Made by a program: the position numbers and the translations under genes. A stretch of DNA of 32,000 nucleotides from an uncultured Lachnospiraceae bacterium (GTDB lineage: Bacteria > Bacillota > Clostridia > Lachnospirales > Lachnospiraceae), in the NCBI GenBank assembly GCA_900551895.1, contig URXX01000003.1, forward strand, positions 118,655 to 150,654, in the 5' to 3' direction. Shown one piece after another: positions 25,314-32,000 of this stretch (positions within the stretch are counted from its first letter, which is position 1; each line of letters begins with the position of its first letter). Below the pieces are notes generated by a model. That model searched no databases. It was not told the DNA's origin and saw nothing but the letters and a program-made list of their open reading frames with translations.

Positions 25314-26306
25314 ATGAAATCCCTTGATTATATCAAAACTTTTAAAATTTCCCTCGGATGCTGTATCGCTTTCTTTATCGCTGAAACATTTTCCCTAAAT
25401 TTTTCTACATCTGTTATTACGATTACTCTCCTTAGCATTTTAAATACCAAGAGAGATACCTTTCTCATTGCCGGCAAACGCCTTTTATCTTTCTTTGTCG
25501 CTGTTCTTACCTCAATATTCATTTTCCCCCTGCTCAATTATTCCCTGCTCAGCCTAGCAATTTATCTCGCTCTTTATCAACTCTTCTGCCAACTTTTATA
25601 TTTAACCGAAGGTTTTTCCATGAGTACTGTTCTGATGTTACACCTTTGGAAAAATCAAGAAATATCTTTCCCACTTTTTGCCAATGAACTGTATCTTATG
25701 TTAATCGGTATCTCCATAGGTATAGTAATGAACCTCTATATGCCAAACAAAGTGGAAAAAATTCAAATGGCTCAGCGGAAAATCGAAGAAAAAATGTCTG
25801 AAATTTTATTTACAATGTCCCGCGCTATTTTTCAGGAATATTTAAGTGAATATATAACAAAAAGCCTTACCGAATTGGAAAATCTTCTTTCCTCCTCACT
25901 CGCCCATGCACAATATACACAGAAAAATTTCTTTTTTAAAGATATGAGTTACTATGTCACTTATATGCAGATGCGTTCTGAGCAGACAGTTCTTCTCAAA
26001 CAAATTCATCAAAATCTCCCACGTCTGCAAGAACCCTATTTACAGACAAATCTTGTCTCAAAATTTATGCGTATCGTTGCTATCTCTTTGGAAAACTATG
26101 ATAACGCAGAAGATTTGTTAAAATATCTTTCCTTGCTAAAACAAAAATTTCGTTCCGCCTCTCTCCCGTCAAGCAGACAGGAATTTGAATCCCGTGCTGT
26201 TCTTTATGAAATTGTAAATGAATTACGTGAAATGCTTATTCTAAAAAGAGATTTTACAAAAAATCTTTCTCCTCATCAAATCGAAATGTTTTGGACAAAA
26301 AAATAG
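25314..26306 (+). CDS. aromatic acid exporter (ArAE/FUSC-like) family membrane protein
   Basis: 330 aa. The N-terminal half has 4-5 TM helices (KISLGCCIAFFIAE...), followed by a soluble helical C-terminal half, as in the YgaE/ArAE_1 family. Assignment is from memory of the architecture only. AAAGGAG SD upstream. Confidence 0.55.
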   Translation: MKSLDYIKTFKISLGCCIAFFIAETFSLNFSTSVITITLLSILNTKRDTFLIAGKRLLSFFVAVLTSIFIFPLLNYSLLSLAIYLALYQLFCQLLYLTEGFSMSTVLMLHLWKNQEISFPLFANELYLMLIGISIGIVMNLYMPNKVEKIQMAQRKIEEKMSEILFTMSRAIFQEYLSEYITKSLTELENLLSSSLAHAQYTQKNFFFKDMSYYVTYMQMRSEQTVLLKQIHQNLPRLQEPYLQTNLVSKFMRIVAISLENYDNAEDLLKYLSLLKQKFRSASLPSSRQEFESRAVLYEIVNELREMLILKRDFTKNLSPHQIEMFWTKK

Positions 26307-26324
26307 GGCGTGCAAACGCACATC

Positions 26325-26759
26325 CTATTTTTCTAATTTCTCTACAATTAATTTCACACCGATAATATCAGTAACTCTGACAATCTCGTCTTTCCCGATT
26401 ACTTCCTGCGGGTTTTTCGCTCTGGCAGTCCACTCCTGTCCATCCACAAGCGCAGTTCCCGTTTCGTTCAAATTGTCGATAACTTCTGTCACTTTCGCCG
26501 TCTTTCCAATAGTACTTTCATAATTCGTCTTCGTCCGTCCCGAATTAATATATTTCTTTGCAAAAGGACGGGTAAATACCATTAGCACAACCGACACTAC
26601 GAAAAATGCGACTATCTGCCAAATAAGATTTACTCCCAAACAATTTAAAATCAGCGCTACCAATGCACCGCCTGCCAGCCATATAGAAGTAAGACCGACC
26701 GTAATAATTTCAATAATTAAAAATATAATAATTAACCCTAACCAAACTACATTTTCCAT
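26325..26759 (-). CDS. NfeD family membrane protein (short form)
   Basis: Start set at ATG 26759, 6 nt after AGGAGGG. Three TM helices precede a C-terminal OB-fold-like domain (GKTAKVTEVIDNLNETGTALVDGQEWTARA...VRVTDIIGVKLIV). Confidence 0.8.
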   Translation of the reverse strand: MENVVWLGLIIIFLIIEIITVGLTSIWLAGGALVALILNCLGVNLIWQIVAFFVVSVVLMVFTRPFAKKYINSGRTKTNYESTIGKTAKVTEVIDNLNETGTALVDGQEWTARAKNPQEVIGKDEIVRVTDIIGVKLIVEKLEK

Positions 26760-26804
26760 AGAAATCCCTCCTGTCTTCATTTGCCCGAAAGCAATCTTCT
26801 AACG

Positions 26805-26963
26805 TTACGGAATTTCATCAAGAAATTCAGGACATTGCTGTAAAAATCTTTTGAACTCTTCCTCGTTTAAATCCTTCACTATTCGGGCATTATATTCTTT
26901 ATCATCCTGCAACAGTATATGTATTGCTCTCATCATTTGTTTCTCAGTTAAATTATTTTTCAT
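26805..26963 (-). CDS. small hypothetical protein (52 aa; 64 aa if the TTG at 26999 is used)
   Basis: The ORF-track start 26999 is a TTG. The in-frame ATG 26963 follows an AGAGGT SD by 7 nt. The sequence is helical and charged with no recognised family. It is divergent from the XRE gene. Confidence 0.35.
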   Translation of the reverse strand: MKNNLTEKQMMRAIHILLQDDKEYNARIVKDLNEEEFKRFLQQCPEFLDEIP

Positions 26964-27078
26964 TTTGCTTACCTCTAACTTAAACTTTTCTTCATTCAAG
27001 TTGTGATTTTACAACCATATAGTTGCATTTCCACTTTTATTATGCCACTAAATGATAGCCTTATCAAGAGGTGATTTT

Positions 27079-27318
27079 ATGTATTTAAAACGGTTGAAAG
27101 ATTTGAGAACTGACCACGATTTAACACAGGAAAATATGGCTGATATTTTGAAATGTCATCGTGAAGTTTATAGAAGATATGAAAGCGGAATTCGTACGCT
27201 TCCCATTGATTATCTTGTCACGATTGCCAAATACTATAATACCAGTACAGATTATCTGCTGGAATTGACCGATGTGAAAACACCTTATCCGCAGAAAAAG
27301 AAAAATAATAAAAAGTAG
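27079..27318 (+). CDS. XRE-family HTH transcriptional regulator (79 aa)
   Basis: ATG 27079 follows AGAGGTG. LKDLRTDHDLTQENMADILKCHREVYRRYESGIRTLPIDYLVTIAKYYNTSTDYLL is a canonical HTH_XRE domain. Confidence 0.8.
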   Translation: MYLKRLKDLRTDHDLTQENMADILKCHREVYRRYESGIRTLPIDYLVTIAKYYNTSTDYLLELTDVKTPYPQKKKNNKK

Positions 27319-27325
27319 TTTTATA

Positions 27326-27357
27326 AAAGGTACTGCCAAAATTTAAGCAGTACCTTT
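27326..27357. terminator. bidirectional terminator hairpin (XRE / Rpn-like gene)
   Basis: 11-bp perfect stem AAAGGTACTGC (27326-27336) / GCAGTACCTTT (27347-27357) with a 10-nt loop, between convergent stops. Flanks are A/T-rich. Confidence 0.6.
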
Positions 27358-27362
27358 GTTCT

Positions 27363-28163
27363 TTAAACCCTCTGAGCAATCTCTTCCTCCAGCATTTCAA
27401 CCTCTTCTAAAGTCAGACCAAAATAATTCGCAATTTCTTCTTTTGCTAATTTTCTATCTTTCAACATTTTTAAAGCGATTTCTTTTTTCTCTTCGCTGAT
27501 TAAATCTTCTACAATTTTACACATAGTTGCTACTCCTTTCTCATTTTCCTTAAAATAGCGAGTTCTATCTGCCAACACTTTATAATTCATATCCTTTGGA
27601 TCTCTACATGAAAAATCATACATCAACTTTCCTAACGGTGTTTCATCTCTGTACGAACCATTGACATATATAATATGAGATTCATCTTGGAAAGGCTCTC
27701 CCGTTTCCTTTATTACACGTTCAACGTGATAAATCGGTTGGTTCCCTCTCAAAATATCATTTTCTGTAATAAAAATAACATAAACTTCCGGCAAATCATC
27801 AAAATCGGAACCCGGAACTAACGAACTAGCATCTACAAGGCTGCTATTATACCTTGCACGCTTTACTCCCGCTCCTTTGTCTGCTCTCTGAACCTCTATA
27901 TCATATTTCTTTCCTAATTTATCTATTGCAAGTATATCCAATCTGACAGAGCGACCAAGTAAATTTTTAATCGAATATTGTGTATGTGCTTCTTTCACTT
28001 TTAAATCCGGCTTTTCCATTATGATATGTAAAAGAAGTTCAATACATTCATAGTCATCTTCAAATACTTTACTCATAAAATCATCATCTAACAGGCGGAA
28101 CTCTTTTATTTTTTCTAATAATTGTCTTCTCTTACATTCATTCTCCACAATGCATTCCTCCAT
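27363..28163 (-). CDS. Rpn-family / PD-(D/E)XK nuclease 'putative transposase' (second copy, divergent)
   Basis: 266 aa. LLDDDFMSKVFED N-terminal motif, core VRLDILAIDKLGKKYDIEVQRADKG (D...E-x-Q), and a helical C-terminal tail. Confidence 0.75.
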   Translation of the reverse strand: MEECIVENECKRRQLLEKIKEFRLLDDDFMSKVFEDDYECIELLLHIIMEKPDLKVKEAHTQYSIKNLLGRSVRLDILAIDKLGKKYDIEVQRADKGAGVKRARYNSSLVDASSLVPGSDFDDLPEVYVIFITENDILRGNQPIYHVERVIKETGEPFQDESHIIYVNGSYRDETPLGKLMYDFSCRDPKDMNYKVLADRTRYFKENEKGVATMCKIVEDLISEEKKEIALKMLKDRKLAKEEIANYFGLTLEEVEMLEEEIAQRV

Positions 28164-28297
28164 ATCCGCATTTACTTATCCTTATCTTATCATTTCCTTT
28201 TTTATATTTCAATACCAGCCTGTACCCGTTCACGACAAATGAGTTACATTCTTTCTTATATGTATGTTCTCCTATACGTACACCATAAAATTCCACA

Positions 28298-28336
28298 CAA
28301 AAAAATCGCAACCCCCGATTTCTCAAGAATTGCGAT
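28298..28336 (-). terminator. rho-independent terminator downstream of tRNA-Leu
   Basis: Minus strand: ATCGCAA (28336-28330) / TTGCGAT (28311-28305) stem with an 18-nt loop, followed by TTTTTTT (plus-strand A-run 28299-28305). Confidence 0.5.
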
Positions 28337-28344
28337 CTCTATAC

Positions 28345-28424
28345 TGCGGATGACAGGAATCGAACCTGCACGGTCTCCCACTAGATCCTAAGTCTAGCGC
28401 GTCTGCCAGTTCCGCCACATCCGC
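28345..28424 (-). tRNA. tRNA-Leu (anticodon TAG)
   Basis: Cloverleaf folded by hand. Acceptor GCGGATG/CATCCGC plus discriminator A. Anticodon arm CTAGA-CTTAGGA-TCTAG. Long variable arm. T-arm GCAGG-TTCGATT-CCTGT. No encoded CCA. Confidence 0.85.
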
Positions 28425-28460
28425 ATATTAGACTTTCAAGAATTTCTCCTTAAAATAAAT

Positions 28461-28484
28461 ATGAACAAACTTTCGCTTGTTCAT
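28461..28484 (-). terminator. hairpin between tRNA-Lys and tRNA-Leu (partial terminator or processing signal)
   Basis: ATGAACAA (28461-28468) / TTGTTCAT (28477-28484), 8-bp perfect. On the minus strand it is followed by ATTTATTTT. Confidence 0.3.
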
Positions 28485-28488
28485 CAAG

Positions 28489-28561
28489 TGAAGCATCGGG
28501 GATTCGAACCCCGGACAACTTGATTAAAAGTCAAGTGCTCTACCGACTGAGCTAATGCTCC
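28489..28561 (-). tRNA. tRNA-Lys (anticodon TTT)
   Basis: GGAGCAT acceptor, D-arm GCTC-AGTCGGTA-GAGC, anticodon arm CTTGA-CTTTTAA-TCAAG, T-arm CGGGG-TTCGAAT-CCCCG. 73 nt, no CCA. Confidence 0.9.
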
Positions 28562-28570
28562 ATATACTAT

Positions 28571-28642
28571 CTGGGCTAGTTGGATTCGAACCAACGAATG
28601 CAGGAGTCAAAGTCCTGTGCCTTACCGCTTGGCGATAGCCCA
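28571..28642 (-). tRNA. tRNA-Gln (anticodon TTG)
   Basis: TGGGCTA acceptor, anticodon arm CAGGA-CTTTGAC-TCCTG, T-arm GTTGG-TTCGAAT-CCAAC. 72 nt, no CCA. Confidence 0.9.
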
Positions 28643-28653
28643 CTATATTTGAG

Positions 28654-28728
28654 GGTGGATAGTGGGACTCGAACCCACGATATCCAGAACCACAATCTGG
28701 CGCGCTAACCAACTGCACCATACCCACC
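28654..28728 (-). tRNA. tRNA-His (anticodon GTG)
   Basis: An extra G at position -1 opposite discriminator C is the His hallmark. Anticodon arm CCAGA-TTGTGGT-TCTGG, T-arm GTGGG-TTCGAGT-CCCAC. 75 nt. Confidence 0.9.
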
Positions 28729-28734
28729 ACAAAG

Positions 28735-28808
<74 letters not shown>

Positions 28809-28855
28809 ATATGCTTGTCTTAAAGTAATTTCTTATATTAAATTGGCTTTAAGAA

Positions 28856-28926
28856 AGCGGGTGATGGGAATCGAACCCACGTATCCAGCTTGGAAGGCTG
28901 GTGTTCTACCATTGAACTACACCCGC
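28856..28926 (-). tRNA. tRNA-Gly (anticodon TCC)
   Basis: Acceptor GCGGGTG/CACCCGC, anticodon arm CCAGC-CTTCCAA-GCTGG, T-arm GTGGG-TTCGATT-CCCAT. 71 nt. Confidence 0.9.
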
Positions 28927-28930
28927 AAAA

Positions 28931-29005
28931 TCGGGGTGACAGGATTCGAACCTGCGACCTCCTGGTCCCAAACCAGGCGCTCTAGCCAAACTGAGCCACA
29001 CCCCG
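28931..29005 (-). tRNA. tRNA-Pro (anticodon TGG)
   Basis: Acceptor CGGGGTG/CACCCCG, anticodon arm CCTGG-TTTGGGA-CCAGG, T-arm GCAGG-TTCGAAT-CCTGT. 75 nt. Confidence 0.9.
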
Positions 29006-29045
29006 ATGTAAAGTTTTTTGCTGTCATCTCCGTGACACAATGGTT

Positions 29046-29074
29046 ATTATATATGCTGCTATAAGAAATGTCAA
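29046..29074 (-). promoter_or_regulatory. consensus sigma-A promoter of the tRNA operon (TTGACA-17 nt-TATAAT) with upstream A/T tracts
   Basis: Minus strand: TTGACA (29074-29069), exactly 17 nt, TATAAT (29051-29046). It is preceded by long A-tracts (29075-29110, UP-element-like) and lies ~40 nt upstream of tRNA-Pro. Confidence 0.65.
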
Positions 29075-29208
29075 CAACTTTTTTTATTTTTTTCACATTT
29101 TTTTATTTTAGACTTTTCCAACACTAAAATCGACACCCGAAAACCGCCTATTTACAAGGAGTTTCGGGATTCTATGCCGATTTAAGTTTTTATTCATTTC
29201 ATCATTTT

Positions 29209-29688
29209 TTAAATATAGTGCAGTTCATATTCTACGGAATTATCTTCATGAATTTCCATAATAATATAACTTGCTCTTCGTCCTTTTTGTCTCGGATAAG
29301 AGAGGCTTCCCGGATTTAGCACGGTAATCTTCTCGCCAATATCAAGATAAGGTATGTGCGTATGTCCGAACATAACAATATCCGCCCCTCTCGAAATTCC
29401 CTCTTCTTTAACTCGTTCCGCTCCGGCGTACACATAATAATAATGTCCGTGCGTCATAAAAATTCGATGATTTCCTAATCGAATTTCCTCTTCCTTATTT
29501 AATCGTGAGAAAAAATCATTATTTCCTGCGACAATCCGTACCGGACAGTCTGCAACGGCTTCGATATAATCTTCCCCACCTTCCACATCGCCCATATGCA
29601 AAAGTAAATCAATTTTCCCCGCCTGTTCTAATGCCATGTCTAAATTTCTATGTAATCCGTGTGTATCACTTACAATCAAAACTCTCAT
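29209..29688 (-). CDS. YfcE/MJ0936-family metallophosphoesterase (YsnB-like)
   Basis: Start set at ATG 29688 (MRVLIVSDTHG...). The ORF-track start 29730 would overlap rdgB. Motifs SDTHG, GDVEGG, GNND, THGH and GHTH. It is paired with rdgB, as ysnA-ysnB are in Bacillus. Confidence 0.8.
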   Translation of the reverse strand: MRVLIVSDTHGLHRNLDMALEQAGKIDLLLHMGDVEGGEDYIEAVADCPVRIVAGNNDFFSRLNKEEEIRLGNHRIFMTHGHYYYVYAGAERVKEEGISRGADIVMFGHTHIPYLDIGEKITVLNPGSLSYPRQKGRRASYIIMEIHEDNSVEYELHYI

Positions 29689-29692
29689 TTTA

Positions 29693-30292
29693 TTATCCCA
29701 ACTTTTTCTCCATAATCGTGCGCATAGCACGAAGTGCTTTTCCTCTATGACTTAATTCATTCTTTTTCTCTGGCTCTAATTCTGCCGTAGTACATTTATA
29801 TTCCGGTAAATAGAAAATCGGATCATATCCAAATCCGTTTTTTCCCACTATTTCGTGACCGATAATACCTTCAATCGTACCTCTTGCCGTTTCCACCGTT
29901 CCGTCTGGAAATACACAGGCTATAACACATACAAAACGTGCAGTACGTTTTTCGTCCGGAACTCCTTCCAAGCGATCCAATAACATCTGATTTTTAATAT
30001 CATAGAAAGTGTCCACTCCCGCATATCGAGCCGAATAAATTCCCGGCTCTTTATTCAGATAATCGATTTCCAGCCCCGAATCATCAGCCAAAACAATATC
30101 ACCTGTCATTTTTGCAATGGCAGTTGCTTTGATAATCGCATTTTCCTCAAATGTACTTCCGTCCTCCACGATGTCAATATCAATTCCCGCCTCTTTCATC
30201 GAGCGAATCGGCATTCCCAAATCCGCTAAAATCATACGGATTTCTTTCATCTTATTTTCATTTCCCGTAGCAAATAAAATTCCGTTACTCAT
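29693..30292 (-). CDS. rdgB: non-canonical purine NTP pyrophosphatase (XTP/dITP diphosphatase), RdgB/HAM1 family
   Basis: 199 aa. FATGNENKMKE start, DDSGLEID, FGYDPIF and SHRGKA motifs. Confidence 0.9.
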   Translation of the reverse strand: MSNGILFATGNENKMKEIRMILADLGMPIRSMKEAGIDIDIVEDGSTFEENAIIKATAIAKMTGDIVLADDSGLEIDYLNKEPGIYSARYAGVDTFYDIKNQMLLDRLEGVPDEKRTARFVCVIACVFPDGTVETARGTIEGIIGHEIVGKNGFGYDPIFYLPEYKCTTAELEPEKKNELSHRGKALRAMRTIMEKKLG

Positions 30293-31448
30293 TTGTATCC
30301 TCCTTCTGTTTTTTCGGTGGTTTCGGTCCTAAAAACTGGTAAAAATATGTTTTTAACATACCGTTATAAATTTTTCTGTTTTTGTCGGCTTTACGACCAA
30401 AATATTTCTCCGTATCTTCATAACTCGTAATCATATACGCAGACCAACTGTCTAACTTTCTGAAACTTTCTCCAAATTCTCCATATAACTGTGGCAAATC
30501 TTTCTTTTCTTCCAACCTTTCCCCATAAGGCGGATTTGTAATGATGAAACCATATTTTTTCGGATGACGCAGATCTTTAACTGCCCTCTCCTGAAAATGT
30601 ATCAGATGCTCCACTCCTGCCTCTCTCGCATTTTCTCTTGCTGCCTTAATAACAGCTTTGTCAATATCGTAACCTTGAATATCAACTTCAATATCATCGT
30701 TCACTAAATCATTCGCCTCATTAACCGCATCATACCATGCTTTCTTCGGTATAAAGTTTGTCCACTCTTCTGCTGTGAAGGAACGGTTCATACCCGGCGC
30801 AATGTTCGCCGCAATCATCGCCGCCTCAATCGGAAATGTACCGCTGCCGCAAAATGGATCGACAAAAATTCTATCTTTTTTCCACGGTGTCAGCATAATA
30901 AGCGCTGCCGCCAGCGTTTCTGTAATAGGGGCTTTGCTGGATAACTGTCTATATCCTCTTTTATGTAAAGAAACACCCGATGTATCCAATCCCACCGTTA
31001 CAATATCCTTTTTGATAAATACACGGACAGGATAAGACGCTCCGCTTTCCTCGAACCAATCCACATGATAATGTTCTTTCAAACGGTTTACCATTGCTTT
31101 TTTCATAATAGATTGAATATCTGAAGGGCTGAATAATTTACTCTTAACGGACGCAGCCTTCGTAACCCAAAACTTGCCGTCCTTAGCAATATACTTCTCC
31201 CATTCAATCTGTTTTGTCTTTTGAAATAATTCTTCAAACGTAGTCGCTTTAAACGAGCCTACTTTCAGCAAAACCCTTTCCGCCGTTCTTAAGAAAATAT
31301 TTGCACGACAAATGGCTTCCGCATCACCGTAAAACGAAACCCTCCCATCTTCCACAACGGAAATTTCATATCCCAAATCCTGCACTTCTCGTTTCAGTAC
31401 AGATTCCAGCCCGAAATGACAAGGGGCAATCAACTCTATTTTTTCCAT
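30285..31448 (-). CDS. THUMP-domain class I SAM-dependent RNA methyltransferase (RlmL/YpsC-like)
   Basis: Start set at ATG 31448, 5 nt after GGAGG; position 31460 is a TTG. N-terminal THUMP region, SAM motif DPFCGSGTF, and catalytic IITNPPYGERL. Confidence 0.85.
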   Translation of the reverse strand: MEKIELIAPCHFGLESVLKREVQDLGYEISVVEDGRVSFYGDAEAICRANIFLRTAERVLLKVGSFKATTFEELFQKTKQIEWEKYIAKDGKFWVTKAASVKSKLFSPSDIQSIMKKAMVNRLKEHYHVDWFEESGASYPVRVFIKKDIVTVGLDTSGVSLHKRGYRQLSSKAPITETLAAALIMLTPWKKDRIFVDPFCGSGTFPIEAAMIAANIAPGMNRSFTAEEWTNFIPKKAWYDAVNEANDLVNDDIEVDIQGYDIDKAVIKAARENAREAGVEHLIHFQERAVKDLRHPKKYGFIITNPPYGERLEEKKDLPQLYGEFGESFRKLDSWSAYMITSYEDTEKYFGRKADKNRKIYNGMLKTYFYQFLGPKPPKKQKEDTNE

Positions 31449-31506
31449 ATATACCTCCAATTTTCTCTACTTCCTATATTATTGGAAATTGCCTTATATG
31501 TCAAAT

Positions 31507-31532
31507 GGGGACGCCATATTTTTAGCGTCCCC
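31507..31532. terminator. GC-rich hairpin GGGGACGC-10 nt-GCGTCCCC downstream of the small Asn/Lys-rich ORF
   Basis: 8-bp perfect stem between the stop at 31542 and the THUMP gene start. The U-tract is weak (ATTTGAC on the minus strand). Confidence 0.4.
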
Positions 31533-31541
31533 ACCTGAAAA

Positions 31542-31697
31542 TTAGTTGTTGTCATACTCGCTTGACTGTGCGTTGTTCATTTTGTTTTTTGATGCATTTG
31601 TGTTCTTGTTTGAAGTTTTGTTTTTCTTACTTTCGTAATCCGCCTCTGATGAATATGCGTTTTTTGTTTTGTTGTTTGTTGCATTTGTTTTTGCCAT
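31542..31697 (-). CDS. small Asn/Lys/Ser-rich low-complexity protein (51 aa), hypothetical
   Basis: ATG 31697 lies 8 nt after GAGGAGG, whereas the ORF-track start 31736 lacks an SD. Product: MAKTNATNNKTKNAYSSEADYESKKNKTSNKNTNASKNKMNNAQSSEYDNN, with an internal repeat NA-x-SSE. No family recognised. Confidence 0.4.
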   Translation of the reverse strand: MAKTNATNNKTKNAYSSEADYESKKNKTSNKNTNASKNKMNNAQSSEYDNN

Positions 31698-31842
31698 TGT
31701 TACTTCCTCCTCATCCTTTTGTTTCTCAAAATACATTTTGTAAATCGTATTGTACTTTGATTACACAAGTATTATATCTTTAAATTACCGTTTCTATTCA
31801 TTACATAAAAAATAAGAACCTTAACTTTTTTTTAAGTTTTTC

Positions 31843-31956
31843 TTGCTTTTTTTACCATTTTATATTATACTAACCCATGTAGAAATTATTTCTACAACCC
31901 CTTATTAATTATTTATACTCCCCTCGAAAGACCGATAGCTCCCCTATCGGTCTTTT
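31843..31956 (+). ncRNA. candidate small RNA or 5' leader: promoter, ~80-nt C-motif RNA, then terminator
   Basis: TTGCTT (31843-31848), 17 nt, TATACT (31866-31871). Hairpin GTAGAAA-tta-TTTCTAC (31879-31895). Three CCCC motifs at 31898-31901, 31920-31923 and 31941-31944. Terminator stem AAAGACCGATA (31927-31937) / TATCGGTCTTT (31945-31955) plus T. No plus-strand ORF in between. Confidence 0.3.
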
Positions 31957-32000
31957 ACATCATAAGAGAGTATAATATGTGCTATGGAAAGACGGCAGGT

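Noticed and set aside
27000-27078. Treating the small ORF (26805..26963) plus XRE (27079..27318) as a confirmed type II toxin-antitoxin pair
   Set aside because: The genes are divergent rather than co-transcribed, and the small protein has no recognisable toxin fold. This is mentioned only as context in the tRNA-adjacent islet finding.

Overview
AT-rich chromosomal window whose gene content fits an anaerobic Firmicute (Clostridia-like): FabK/FabT-type fatty-acid cluster, [FeFe]-hydrogenase maturases, tRNAs without encoded CCA. Order, left to right: (1) two small envelope proteins and yaaA. (2) A hydrogenase-maturation operon (TM1266-type regulator, hydE, hydG, hydF; 1.68-5.6 kb) behind a ~140-nt structured leader. 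(3) A DUF1294 protein and L-serine dehydratase sdaAB/sdaAA. (4) A minus-strand operon of yfcE-like phosphodiesterase, cobB sirtuin and a lipoprotein. (5) An accessory-looking stretch (9.7-14.5 kb) with an orphan PBECR-like nuclease-fold ORF, a 97-nt inverted-repeat element, four GNAT acetyltransferases, a membrane-tethered XRE regulator and an Rpn/PD-(D/E)XK nuclease gene. (6) A complete ~10.5-kb type II fatty-acid synthesis operon on the minus strand: fabH, acpP, fabK, fabD, fabG, fabF, accB, fabZ, accC, an accD::accA fusion, a second FabK-like flavoprotein and a FabT-like MarR. Its near-consensus promoter has a FabT-type palindrome overlapping the -10. (7) An ArAE-type exporter, NfeD, a small ORF/XRE pair and a second Rpn-like gene abutting a 7-tRNA operon (Pro-Gly-Arg-His-Gln-Lys-Leu). 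(8) yfcE-like, rdgB, a THUMP methyltransferase and a small Asn/Lys-rich protein. I saw no CRISPR array, rRNA or clear IS/transposon boundaries. Most noteworthy: both Rpn-like genes carry an in-frame internal Shine-Dalgarno plus ATG at the C-terminal domain boundary, making them candidate nested RpnS-like antitoxins. Also of interest are the orphan nuclease-fold ORF with its adjacent structured element, the GNAT cluster with long out-of-frame overlaps, the extra Cys-motif flavoprotein in the fab operon, and two promoter-to-terminator units that could be a leader or small RNA. All functional calls come from motif recognition by eye and none was checked against a database.
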